This document shows, piece after piece, positions 11,359 through 22,231 of a DNA stretch of 30,378 nt. Origin of the DNA: Octopus sinensis (Eukaryota). Numbering within the stretch: the first letter of the stretch is position 1; each line of letters begins with the position of its first letter. The notes below the pieces were generated by a model. That model saw only the letters and a program-made list of their open reading frames with translations, was not told the origin of the DNA and did no database searches. The position numbers were made by a program, and so were the translations under genes. The DNA lies in the NCBI RefSeq assembly GCF_006345805.1, contig NW_021832650.1:1-30378 (forward strand), written 5' to 3'.

Positions 11359-12549
11359 ATTAGGCACAACTTCACAAACCAGCCCCATACTCAACTCGTC
11401 CTGTCGAAAGACCCTTGTCCTACGTCCTGGTTTTGTTTTGTTGTTTATTTTTTATTTTTACCGTTATTGTTTTTACGTTTTTGTATTCTTATTGGTGTCA
11501 CGTATTCTGTATTTTTGTTTGTGTACTTCGTTCGTTTTCCGTCCTCGCGTTGTATACATTCGAAGCTTTCTTCCAGGGGATCTAATGCGCTTGGCTTAGA
11601 TTTCCCTTGGCGGGCTGGCCATATCGGAGCAATCTCAAGATTAATCAGCCGAAATTGCTAAGATGATCTGGTTCTTGACTGATGACTGAGGGCTTCGAAT
11701 GTCCCGTCCTGTGGTTCTTGTGTCGTCTCTGTGGTGTTTCATGTTCTTGTCCATGTCTGTAATTATATTTTCACTGTTTACCTATATAATCGGCGGCTAC
11801 GTATCCACAATTGTCCTTATACGATAAGTATATTTTTTCTCTAGCATTGATACGACTCTTAATCTGTCTCTTTTTCTCTCTCTCTCTCCTCCTCCCTTAT
11901 TCCCCTTCCTTCTTTCCCTCTCCATCCGTCTCCCCCCCCTTCTACGTTTTTCTCTATCTCTCTCACCTCCAGCCCCCTCGATCTGTCTCTTTCTTCTCCT
12001 CCTCGTCCACCTTCTCTCTCTTTTCATCTGTCCCTTTCTCCTGTCTTTTGTTCTCACGTGACCGCTAGCCGCTGTTGAGCGCTCTTTTCGTTTTCAGCAG
12101 TCGCAGAAGCAACACGTATTTGTTCGTCTCCCCGTGCCATTAGGCACAACTTCACAAGCCAGCCCCATACTCAACTCGTCCTGTCGAAAGACCCTTGTCC
12201 TACGTCCTGGTTTTGTTTTGTTTTTTATTTTTATTTTTACCGTTATTGTTTTTACGTTTTTGTATTCTTATTGGTGTCACGTATTCTGTATTTGTGTACT
12301 TCGTTCGTTTTCCGTCCTCGCGTTGTATACATTCGAAGCTTTCTTCCAGGGGATCTAATGCGCTTGGCTTAGATTTCCCTTGGCGGGCTGGCCAATCGGA
12401 GCAATCTCAAGATTAAGCAGCCGAAATTGCTAAGATGATCTGGTTCTTGACTGATGACTGAGGGCTTCGAATGTCCCGTCCTGTGGTTCTTGTGTCGTCT
12501 CTGTGGTGTTTCATGTTCTTGTCCATGTCTTAATTTTATTTTCACTGTT

Positions 12550-12554
<5 letters not shown>
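11359..12554 (+). mobile_element. LTR-like mini element: ~420-bp direct repeats (11359-11783 and 12139-12554) around a 355-bp pyrimidine-rich spacer
   Basis: Near-identical repeats with a few substitutions, one 6-bp and one 1-bp indel; no coding capacity. Confidence 0.8.
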
Positions 12555-12599
<45 letters not shown>

Positions 12600-12744
12600 T
12601 ATATAACATATATATATTATGTGTGTGTGTGTGTGTGTGTGGTGTGTGTGTATAATTAACATTAAGTTGAATTAAGTACTTAGATTGAGGAACAAAGCCA
12701 GTTCTGCATAGTCCGCGCAGCTCAAAGTTAGGGGAATAAAAAAC

Positions 12745-13695
12745 AAATAAGTAACAAGGATGTCTATGTATCAATGCATAACGGCCGTTTCAAGCGGCTC
12801 CATTTAATCTATCAATGCAAACATTACACCAATTTGAAAGAAACCGCTCTTCTCAATTGCAGACGACCATATAGATTTCTAATATAAAGGATGAAATTAA
12901 AATTTAAGGTTTTAAGTTTAATAATCTATCTTTTTTTCTTTATATTGTTCTAAAATTCTTTTCTAAATTTTTAATATGATAAATTGGCTAAGTTATAACA
13001 AACCTCATAACCCTCGGTTCTAATTAACACCCTTAGAACTTATTTTGATCTCTTTTGTTTTCCACTTTATTCCCCTTTTATCTGATAATCGAGGTATGTA
13101 CTAGCCATCCCAGCCCTTCTTCCTTCCACTTATTACCTCTTCTCCATTCGTCATTCTTTTACTAGCAGCTCTGAGACATATCCTTTTATGCAGATAAAGC
13201 TAGATACATGGTCCCAGTAAAATAAGGGTCAGGGAGAGTATCTGACATTAATTAATCACCATAAGCTGGAACTTAACTGTCAACTCAAAATGGATTTAAC
13301 TCTAAAGGGTTGTAGACTATATGCTGCATAAATTCTTATAAATAAAATAAAGATAAAGATAAATTAACAATCTCAGCATTCCTTTTTCTTGACACCCACT
13401 ATTCTCTTCTGCTACTCTCTAAATTATAGTAGGCTTTAGAAATACATTTTCTCCTAAATTCATTTTACCACAAGCATAGCAAAGGGAAGCAACGTAAGTG
13501 TTTTGGTTGTCTAGTACTGATGTAAATTGGGCTTAAAAATAGTTTATCGTTTATATTGGAAATCTATATGGTCGTCTGCAACTGAGGAACGCAGTTTCTT
13601 TCAAACTGATGTAATGTTTGCATTGATCGATTAAACGGAGCCGCTTGAAACGGCCCTAATGCATTGATACCTGGAAATCCTTGTTACTTAATTGC
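12745..13695. mobile_element. ~950-bp element with ~150-bp terminal inverted repeats (inverted PLE pseudo-LTR type)
   Basis: 12745-12895 is the reverse complement of 13545-13695 (e.g. GGCCGTTTCAAGCGGCTCC...GCAGACGACCATATAGATTT). Each arm carries a decayed hammerhead-like motif. Confidence 0.85.
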
Positions 13696-13704
13696 TTTAT
13701 ATAT

Positions 13705-14089
13705 ATGCTCACCAGAGGAGTCCTTTTTCATCACGACAATGCTCCAGCCCACACCTCAGTCGTTGCCATGGCAACAATTGGTGACTGTGGATACAAATTT
13801 GTTCCCCATCCGCCTTATTCGCCAGACTTAGCCCCCTCTGACTTTCATCTATTCCCCAAAATGAAAAAAGCCCTGGCTGGTCGCCATTTTGCCAGTGACA
13901 ATGACATCATAGACGCTGTAGGAAGTTTCTTGGAGTCTCAAACAAAAGAGTTCCTCTTCGCCGGGATAATGGCACTTCGTCACCGCTGGAGAAAGTGTTC
14001 AGCCATCAAGGGGGACTAGGTTGAAAAATAAATAATCAAAAGTCTTGTACTGTTTTTTTTGAGACTCAAGACTTATCATACACCCCTCG
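13705..14089 (+). mobile_element. mariner transposase C-terminal fragment plus right TIR (irritans-like)
   Basis: GVLFHHDNAPAH...HPPYSPDLAPSDFHLF...RWRKC...GD*VEK* (TAG replaces Tyr); TIR ends CACCCCTCG followed by TA at 14090-14091. Confidence 0.95.
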
Positions 14090-14101
14090 TATGTATATAT
14101 A

Positions 14102-14137
<36 letters not shown>

Positions 14138-14366
14138 TGTATGTATGTATACTGCCAAACCATCATTCCATCATCATCAAAGCATAAGTAATTAACCACA
14201 ATCGTCGTATATCCGCACCAAAAACCACCACCACCACCACCACTATTACCTTATTTATTATGTCTATATCACAGCCATTACCAACTGTAATGTCACAAAT
14301 CTCACCCCATTGATTATATTTCCACTACTACAATTTACTCGTCTTTACGACGATGATGATGATGAT

Positions 14367-14480
14367 CTTCTTCTTCTTCTTCTTCTTCTTCTTCTTCTTC
14401 TTCTTCTTCTTCTTCTTCTTCTTCTTCTTCTTCTTCTTCTTCTTCTTCTTCTTCTTCTTCTTCTTCTTCTTCTTCTTCTT
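14367..14480. repeat. Pure (TTC)38 / (GAA)38 triplet repeat
   Basis: 114 bp uninterrupted. Confidence 0.95.
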
Positions 14481-14494
14481 TATTCATCCATCAT

Positions 14495-15126
14495 GTATGT
14501 ATGACATTATTCAGTTTCATATCAAGATTTCTTGCCAATAGAGAAAGAGCCGGTTTCTAACCTAGATCCAAGGTTTTTCATTGGAATTTCAACATCAACA
14601 GAGTATGTATGTATGTATGTATGTATGTATGTATGTATGTATGTATGTATGTATGTATGTATGTATGTATGTATGCATGCAGATTTGTATGTTTTGCTTT
14701 ATGTATGTATTCTCACGCATATTGTTACATATCTAGACATGTTCATATATATTTAAATGATAAACCTCTCGAAAGTTTTACAGACTTTTACAGTTCCAGT
14801 GATGGATTGGATCTGTAGTCTTCGAATTAGCTTTCTCCTTTCTGGCTTTCAGAAGCCTAATTTCTCAAGATTAGTATTAAGGCAGTGTGTTACATATTCG
14901 AGGGCCCAATAATTACAGGTATAAACCCGAACTTGTAATTTGGATAGAGTAACTGCAAATTTCTCAATAGTTCAGCATAGGTGTTCTCTTTTTCACTGAT
15001 CTTCAACCTTATGTTAACATCCGCTGAGCAGCGAATTTTCTCTCTTCCAAATCATTACATCAAGTCTGTTGTGCTTACATTTTATTGAGGTCTTCACTGG
15101 AACATTCTATCTGTACTCCTTTTTAT
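14495..15126 (-). mobile_element. RLE-type non-LTR retrotransposon 3' fragment, copy 2 (younger), with 3'UTR
   Basis: HKKEYR*NVPVKTSIKCKHNRLDVMIW, EIRCSADVN, EKENTYAELLRNLQLLYP, IPVIIG and RLQIQSITGTVKVCKTFERFII* (stop 14753-14755); (CATA)n at both ends and inside the 3'UTR. Confidence 0.88.
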
Positions 15127-15309
15127 GTATGTATGTATGTATGTATGTATGTATGTATGTATGTATGTATGTATGTATGTATGTATGTATGTATGTATGT
15201 GCGTGTGTGTATGTGTGTGTTTGTTTTTTAAAATAATGTATGTATGTGTGTGTGTATGTGTGTGTGCGTGCGTGTGTGTGTGTGTGTGTGTGTAGGTTGT
15301 ATGAATGCA

Positions 15310-15440
15310 TCTTTTATTTTTATTTGTTTCAGTCATTATGTTGCGACCTTGCAGGGGCATCACCTTCAAGAATTTTGGTCAAATGAATCGATCCCAGTGT
15401 TTATTTTTTTAAAAAGTTAGGCATTTATTTTAGCGAACAC
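15310..15440 (-). mobile_element. SINE 3' fragment
   Basis: Minus strand CACTGGGATCGATTCATTTGACCAAAATTCTTGAAGGTGATGCCCC...ATGACTGAAACAAATAAAA. Confidence 0.8.
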
Positions 15441-15622
15441 AAGATATATATATATATATAATATATATATATATATATCTTTTGAATTTGTTTACGGTAA
15501 ACGTTTAGAATATGCAAATAAAGACCCTATTCCATTATGCCGACCACAGTCTAATGATGTTGAGTGGGGAACCAGTTTTTTAGTTGCATCGAGCTGTACT
15601 GATATAATGTAGGGTAAATAAA

Positions 15623-15967
15623 ATAATAATAAAGATAATCTTTCGATGAAATTTATAAGCATTTTCTGCATCGCTTCGCGTGTTTCCACAAATCACATGT
15701 CTCTTAAGATCACAGTCCGTATTCTTCAGATGATTACAATGTAGTCCGTAGTATCCGTGGGCATCGGGTCGATCATCTTCAATGTTATATCGCTTGAAGG
15801 AATGAATCCATGAAGATGATCTACCCAATGCCCACGGATATACGGACAACACTATAATTATCCCAGGAATACGGACTGTGATCTTAAGAGGCATGTGATT
15901 TGTGAAAACACGCGTAGCGATGCATTAAATGCTTATAGGTGCCATCCAAGGATTATTGTTATTATTA
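15623..15967. repeat. ~345-bp imperfect palindrome (arms 15623-15780 and 15812-15967, 31-nt loop) enclosing a decayed hammerhead
   Basis: Arms are reverse complements, e.g. CACAAATCACATGTCTCTTAAGATCACAGTCCGTATTC versus GAATACGGACTGTGATCTTAAGAGGCATGTGATTTGTG. Confidence 0.92.
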
Positions 15968-16268
15968 CCCCACCCCACACACACATTTATGAACACACAG
16001 ATATTCATGAATGTTTAGAAACACATACGCTCATAAACACACACATATATACAAATATATGCATACCTGCGGACATATACATACATACATATATATATTC
16101 ATATATTCATGTATACTACTTGTTTTGCCAGGAACTTAATCATAGAATCTAAAACGGATAGAACATAGATGAGTCACATTAAACATAGAAACCAATTAAT
16201 TATTGTATTAACATTTGTTTGTTACTGGTGTTAATACTATCGTCCATATATTTCATTGAAAACCTAAG

Positions 16269-16340
16269 ATGTGATCAATGACAGTCTAAGATACATCGAA
16301 GATGAGTATCACGGACCAGCTCAAGAGTTTACCACGAATG
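16269..16340 (+). CDS. Candidate internal exon A (72 nt, phase 1-1), unknown product
   Basis: (D)VINDSLRYIEDEYHGPAQEFTTN; donor ATG|GTATGT; weak AAG acceptor. Confidence 0.3.
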
Positions 16341-16528
16341 GTATGTATATATTAACTGGTTTTATTGAGCTTCAGTCACAGATACACATTTTTTGCAACT
16401 CACAATGGCATCTACGATGACGAGAAGTGCTTTATCCTTATCAGAATACTAGACATCTTATTAAGTGAGACAGAGTTAATTTCAAAGTGCGGCCATGAAA
16501 ACTATTACTTCCTAACTAATCTAAACAG

Positions 16529-16704
16529 AACTAATAAATTTAATTGAGTGTAAACAATCACGAAACCAGAAATCTGTAGATCACCATCTAGTATGCAGTA
16601 CAAACCAGACGATAACGAAGCAATATACGACAAACACTGATAAAAATGATAGTATAGATATTTGCTCCCCCAGACGGCTCCAACTGCAGATTGTTCATGA
16701 ATAG
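16529..16704 (+). CDS. Candidate terminal exon B (phase 1), unknown product
   Basis: Branch-like CTAAC plus TTACTTCC...AAACAG acceptor; open frame ELINLIECKQ...LQIVHE*; phase matches exon A. Confidence 0.3.
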
Positions 16705-17319
16705 GGACATGTAACTAAGTATAACTAATGTATCCAATATTTATCCTCTATAAGGTGGCTGTAGAATTACTGTGTGCTTAACAAAAGTTGCAAAACACAT
16801 CTATCCATATTTATTTATTCATGATTAAAAGATTAAATCCAGGAAGAATCCGTTCAGGCATAAAACACAATTAAAGTAACTTACTTATTTAATCAAATAA
16901 CTAAAAAGTTCTCTGAACTTCTCATCCACGCTGGAAACACCGGCAATCCCTATAACTTAAAAGCAGAGGAAGGTTGGAAATTAGTACTGAAAGAACTACA
17001 CAGGAGCTATAAAACTACTTCTAGAACAGCATTTGGTCAAATCAACTTGGAAGTTAGATCTTGAAGACAAAACAGAATCTTTCCAAGTGAACACCCACTA
17101 AACTCAACCTTAAGGACTTTAAGAGTAAATTCACTGAAAATCCTTTCGTAAGACCCATCTGCCTTCTCAAAGTCCGATATAGGAAATATAAGCAAATACG
17201 AATAAATAAATCCTTGATGTATTATACCTATTCTTTGTTCTATACTTTAATTTAACTCGTCGTCTAATAGTGTTGATGTAATAGATTGATTCATGCAGAC
17301 TCAGAGTAAACATTAGTGT

Positions 17320-17975
17320 AATTTTATACAAGTTGATATTGATAGTTATGTTTCTAGTATTTTGCTATACTAGCAAATAAATCTTAAATCTTCGCTATAA
17401 CGAGTTCATCTTTATCTAGAAATGAAAGTGGACGTCATTCTTAGCTCCACGTACAGAGTGATTGAATTTGATGACAAACTCTGGACGGGGGAAAAATAGG
17501 GTAAGCGATTTCGACATACGGGGTCTAGTGACTCGGCGCACGTAATTGATTTAGAAGGAATTTACATTTTGCATTCCCTTTATGATCATCTCCCGAACCT
17601 TTCAGGTTGTCTCTTTCGCGACGACGCACTTTTGTCAATTCGCAAATCGAACAGGGTCAAGAAAGACTAAGGAAGAAATTAAGAAACTTTCGCTCTTGAA
17701 ATATCTCTAGAGAATATTACCTCAAGGTAGCAAATTTTTTTATGTTACATTGGAGTTAAATACTGGTCTTTTCTCTCCTTTCCATCAATATGATAAGAAT
17801 TTAAATTACGTAAATAGATATTCTAATAATACAGAATGCGTAATTAATTCTATAATTAAAGTTGTATCTAATAGAATAACAAAATTATCTGCCAACGAAG
17901 AAATTTTTAAGCAGCACTAATTACTTTAACGAGGATATAAGCAGAACCGGATATAAAGGGAAAATATATCTTTTC
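17320..17975 (+). mobile_element. Penelope-like element RT relic (multiple stops and frameshifts)
   Basis: FDI..GSSDSAHVIDLEGIYILHSL, LFRDDA (17611-17628), ANFLYVTLELNTG, YVNRYSNN, SANEEIF and TGYKGK match the PLE RT motif order. Confidence 0.85.
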
Positions 17976-17978
17976 TAG

Positions 17979-18191
17979 AATTGAATAACTCAGCCACTAC
18001 GGCAAAAATACATGAAAATAGACAATTCAAATCACTTCACCAAGTTGATAAGCATTAAAATAAGATGCAGGATATGGTTAATGATCGCTCTACTTCCTAT
18101 TCCAATACTGATTATAAAAACATGTCAGTTAAGTATAATTCAGCGTGTCATACCGAGGTCCGTGCACCTATGTCTAAAAATCACACAACAG
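17979..18191 (+). pseudogene. Candidate 213-nt phase 1-1 exon carrying one in-frame TAA (18056-18058)
   Basis: Acceptor ATCTTTTCTAG, donor CAG|GTAAGA, length divisible by 3; ELNNSATTAKIHENRQFKSLHQVDKH*NKMQDMVNDRSTSYSNTDYKNMSVKYNSACHTEVRAPMSKNHTT. Confidence 0.3.
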
Positions 18192-18418
18192 GTAAGATTT
18201 TAAAAAAGTACCACACTTGAGGCATATTTAAGTATTCTAATGATAAATATTCTATTAAAGCTTCCACGCAGGAAGAGGGGAAATATCCTATAGTCAGACA
18301 TTATAAGCACACCATATATAATGTCGTGGGCACCCCCATATCCAACCTCGAATAGTAACAGTCGATAACGTAAGAGATAGATAGATAGATATAGATAGAT
18401 AGATAGATATAGATAGAT

Positions 18419-18502
<84 letters not shown>

Positions 18503-19227
18503 AAGAAAGAGATCCTGTGATATAATCATCCTGTTGTAAAATTTAGTACTCAGCTAAAAATTTCTTCGAAACTTGGGAGCGCAATTTCCCCATTCCCTCT
18601 TGCAAGTAAAAAAAAAAAAAATTAATAATTGCACTATGAAACATTCGTATTCAACCACGCTTAATTGGCTGCTAACAGTGATCCTATTAGCCATTATAAA
18701 CTGAGAAACTTGTTCCAAAATAAGTGCAACGTGGATACATACATGAATAAAGACCCTATTTCTTCTCTTATGTTTTGCTCCTATAGCAGAATATTGAATA
18801 TCATTAGGTAGGTAGATATGTTAGAACATCGAAACATTCCCAGTGTAGTTAGCACAAAGAAAAAAGCGTCTCTTGTTAACTCTATCAATGATTGCTTTTA
18901 CTATATAAAAACTTTAATATTGTTAATTATATGCAGCATCAAAAATATGACTCGGGTGCTAACAAACTATCTTTATCAATGCTCCTCATGGCATTATTAA
19001 CTATAATAAATCCAACTATACAATTAATAGTAGTTATAACGTTAGCAATGATTTTAATAGAAATTACAATCCTCATATATAGGTTCGTTCTACTTGTTTT
19101 CGTATTTTAAATATATTAGAGATTCTTAAGCGGCAATGTCTATTGGTTTACACACACACATATATATATATATATATAAATGTATATACGGTGTGTGTGT
19201 ATGTATGTATTTATGTATGTATGTGTG

Positions 19228-19306
<79 letters not shown>

Positions 19307-19467
19307 ATGTGTGTGTATAGTTTACTTTTCCATTAAGGTAAGATAAACAAAAAGTACTCCATCTGGTGACAGATAAATATTGTGTAATGTATACAGTATT
19401 TAGTTATAAGTTACTAATAGTTTCATAGGCTGGAGATGTTGTCTTGACATGTTTTAATAATACACTT

Positions 19468-20300
19468 ATAATTTGGTTCGTTCCGCGTCTCCTTAAATGT
19501 TAAAACTAACGTAGGTAAATGATTCTTGTCTCTCTTAGATAAGCAACTGTCGAGACTCTAGAGCTTGCCCACTTGACCAGACGTGCATGATAAAATCCGT
19601 CGTATATGAGGCTGAACTCACAGCTACGCTGTATCATAATCTGACCGAAAAGAAGAATTACATCGTGTTATTCAAATGCGACTTCGAAAGATGCTATGCT
19701 AACCATCTATCTTTCCCACACATGGACAAAAGTAAAGCCTCTAAGTTAGCAAGCTACTTATGGAATTTGAAGACCAACTCCCCGCCACATAAAATCAAGT
19801 GGAAAAGCGTAGTAAAATCCGAGCCATATATTAATTGATCAAAAAATCCAAGTTATGCATAGCTGAAAGATCGCATATCCTTTTTAAATCTAAGAATCCC
19901 ACCAATTCCAGATCAAAAATTTTCAACAAGTTTCTTGGCGAATTAGAGAACACCACCCTCTCTGAATTGAGCACCTGTACCGCAGACTTTAGACCCCTTC
20001 AGTTGGTCCTACACAACTAGTTTATGGCTTTACGGTCAAAGGAGACATAACTTTAATTCGTTTCTTTTTTCCATTTCCCCCCGTTTTGTTCACCCTTCCA
20101 CATTTTGCATCCACCTTCCTCTCATTTTTCTAGTGATTTCTCTTGTTCTATTGCCCTGATTTGTAACTTGCATAGGCCATGTGCTCAGAACCCGATGACT
20201 GCTTAGGGACATTAAGCGTGTTATTAAAACTTGCCTATACAATATCTCCAATGTATGACACTATTAGTTGCTCATAACTATATACCGTTTACGTTAAACA
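19468..20300 (+). mobile_element. Penelope-like linker plus GIY-YIG endonuclease relic and 3' region
   Basis: IIWF...NVKTNVGK*FLSLLDK, SNCRDSRACPLDQTCMIKSVVYEA, NYI, FERCYANH, SKLASYLWNLK, IKW, KLCIAE and NSRSKIF. Confidence 0.88.
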
Positions 20301-20330
20301 ATATATATATACACACGTATGTATTGTATG

Positions 20331-20381
<51 letters not shown>

Positions 20382-20444
20382 ATGTATGTATGTACTTACA
20401 TACACACTTACATATATATATATATATAAACAAAAAATCACTAT

Positions 20445-21006
20445 ATCTTCTATCTTTTACTTGTTTCAGTCATTAGACTATGGGCGTGTTGGGACACCGC
20501 CTTCAAGAATTTTTAGTCGAATGTATCGATTCCAGTGCTTATCTTGTTTTAATATCCGGTACTTATTCAACCGCTCTACTTTGCCGATCAGCCAAGTTAC
20601 GGGGATTTAAACACACCAATACCGGTTGTTAAGGATGGGTGGGGGCAGACACACACACACACATGTACACTCTCTTCCCAAAATCAGGTCGGGTGAATCA
20701 TCTGGCATAATGTCCTGTTTTGGAAGAACATCTTATTGTTAATTCTTACCTGTATTCACCTGATGAAAACGTTTTTCTTTTGCATGATGTAGCACTTTTG
20801 TTCACTAATAAAGAACACGTTTAAAATAGCTGTAGTGAACCGCAGCTTATAGGTGTTATATATATATTTCAGTTTCCGTCAACGAAATCCTGTAGCACCG
20901 AGGCTGTAGTAGAATACATTGACCCAAGGTTCCCAACAGTCGGACAGGAACCCGAACAATGTGGTTGGGAAGCAAGCTTCTTACCACACATCCACACCTG
21001 CGCCTA
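20445..21006 (-). mobile_element. Bipartite SINE (tRNA/CORE-like 5' half 20866-21006, 3' half 20445-20665) interrupted by ~190 bp of unique DNA
   Basis: The 5' half matches 25035-25195 and the 3' half ends in the shared CCGCC...CAGCATG/TGACTGAAACAAGTAAAAGA type tail. Confidence 0.8.
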
Positions 21007-21650
21007 TAACTTAAGAGTGGCAGCAGCAAGAAAATTTATGGGGACAGGTGCTGGCCGATTTGGCCTGTTATGAAAGGGATACCGTACTAATGACGTTTTG
21101 AGGTCTTGGCTATTCCATAACGACTAGATCAACACGATTCAGACCCACAGGAACTTCCTATTTCCTTCCAACAACAAAGATACAAATAAAATTTCCTTCT
21201 AAAATAAAATAATATAAGAAACAAACAACACATAAACAAATGAAAACTATTATGATATTCTGTGTTATAAACATTAAAAGTCGTTGGTGAAATGAATCGT
21301 GTATGTGTAAGATATGTGAATCATTGCACAAAATTACATTAACCCCCGGTGTTTCCACGTTTGAAGTGTAAACTTATATGATTCAATATGTCGTTGTGTT
21401 CTTTATTTTTCGTATCATACCTGCTGACTTTGGTTTACGTGTTTGTCTCTAGCCGTGACCAGCTTTAGCAAGACAAGTGTTCTGTCATTCGCATGTGGGG
21501 ATATTATTGCATATATATATACAGGCATACATACATGAATGTGTGTATATATATATACGTATATATAAAATATATACATAAATATCTTATTTACACACAC
21601 ACACATAACATAGTTTTATATGTGAATATATTCATGTGTATGCATTTATG

Positions 21651-21701
<51 letters not shown>

Positions 21702-21894
21702 ATATGTGTATATATGTATGTATGCTGATTACTAATGTGTATACATAAAATTAAAATAGACAACAGTTTGCAATGTTTCACCAAAAAGAAAACTATAATT
21801 GTAACTAAATGCGGGTAGGGTGTTAAAAACACCTACATTACTAGAAATAAGACACACACACAGAGGCACACATTATATGTATGTATATACATAC

Positions 21895-21931
<37 letters not shown>

Positions 21932-22009
21932 CATACATACATATATATATACACACATACACACATATATATATATACATATATGTATGTATGCATGCGT
22001 GTATGTATG

Positions 22010-22040
<31 letters not shown>

Positions 22041-22049
22041 TAATAGAAA

Positions 22050-22195
22050 TGGTAAGACAACAAAAGAATGAAAGAGGCCTTGATATTATGTAAATAGAGG
22101 AATTTATCTGTAAATATAATATGTAACAATTATTCGGTAGCCATGATAAAACCCCGAGTTTCGGATGTCGGGGCGGAAAATCACGCCGCCATCTC
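22050..22195 (-). mobile_element. PLE-type 3' end with partial hammerhead (stem II + GAAAC, core missing)
   Basis: Minus strand GATG-GCGG...CCGC...CATC-C-GAAAC-TCGGG-GTT; no CTGANGA upstream. Confidence 0.5.
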
Positions 22196-22231
22196 TAAAA
22201 CTTTACTCAACGTGATATATATATATATATA

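Noticed and set aside
11679-11685. CTGATGA in the 420-bp direct repeats as a retrozyme hammerhead
   Set aside because: No G10.1-C11.1 stem II or downstream GAAA/NUH could be folded in any topology.
11797-12068. Arg/Glu-rich and Ser/Phe-rich ORFs
   Set aside because: Translation of a GA/CT low-complexity tract.
16860-17150. Long nearly open + frame (KFSELLIHAGNTGNPY...)
   Set aside because: No start, no usable splice sites and no recognisable motif.
18892-19110. Hydrophobic ORF as a membrane protein exon
   Set aside because: Ile/Leu richness is expected from AT-rich DNA; the donor is weak and the phase does not fit neighbours.
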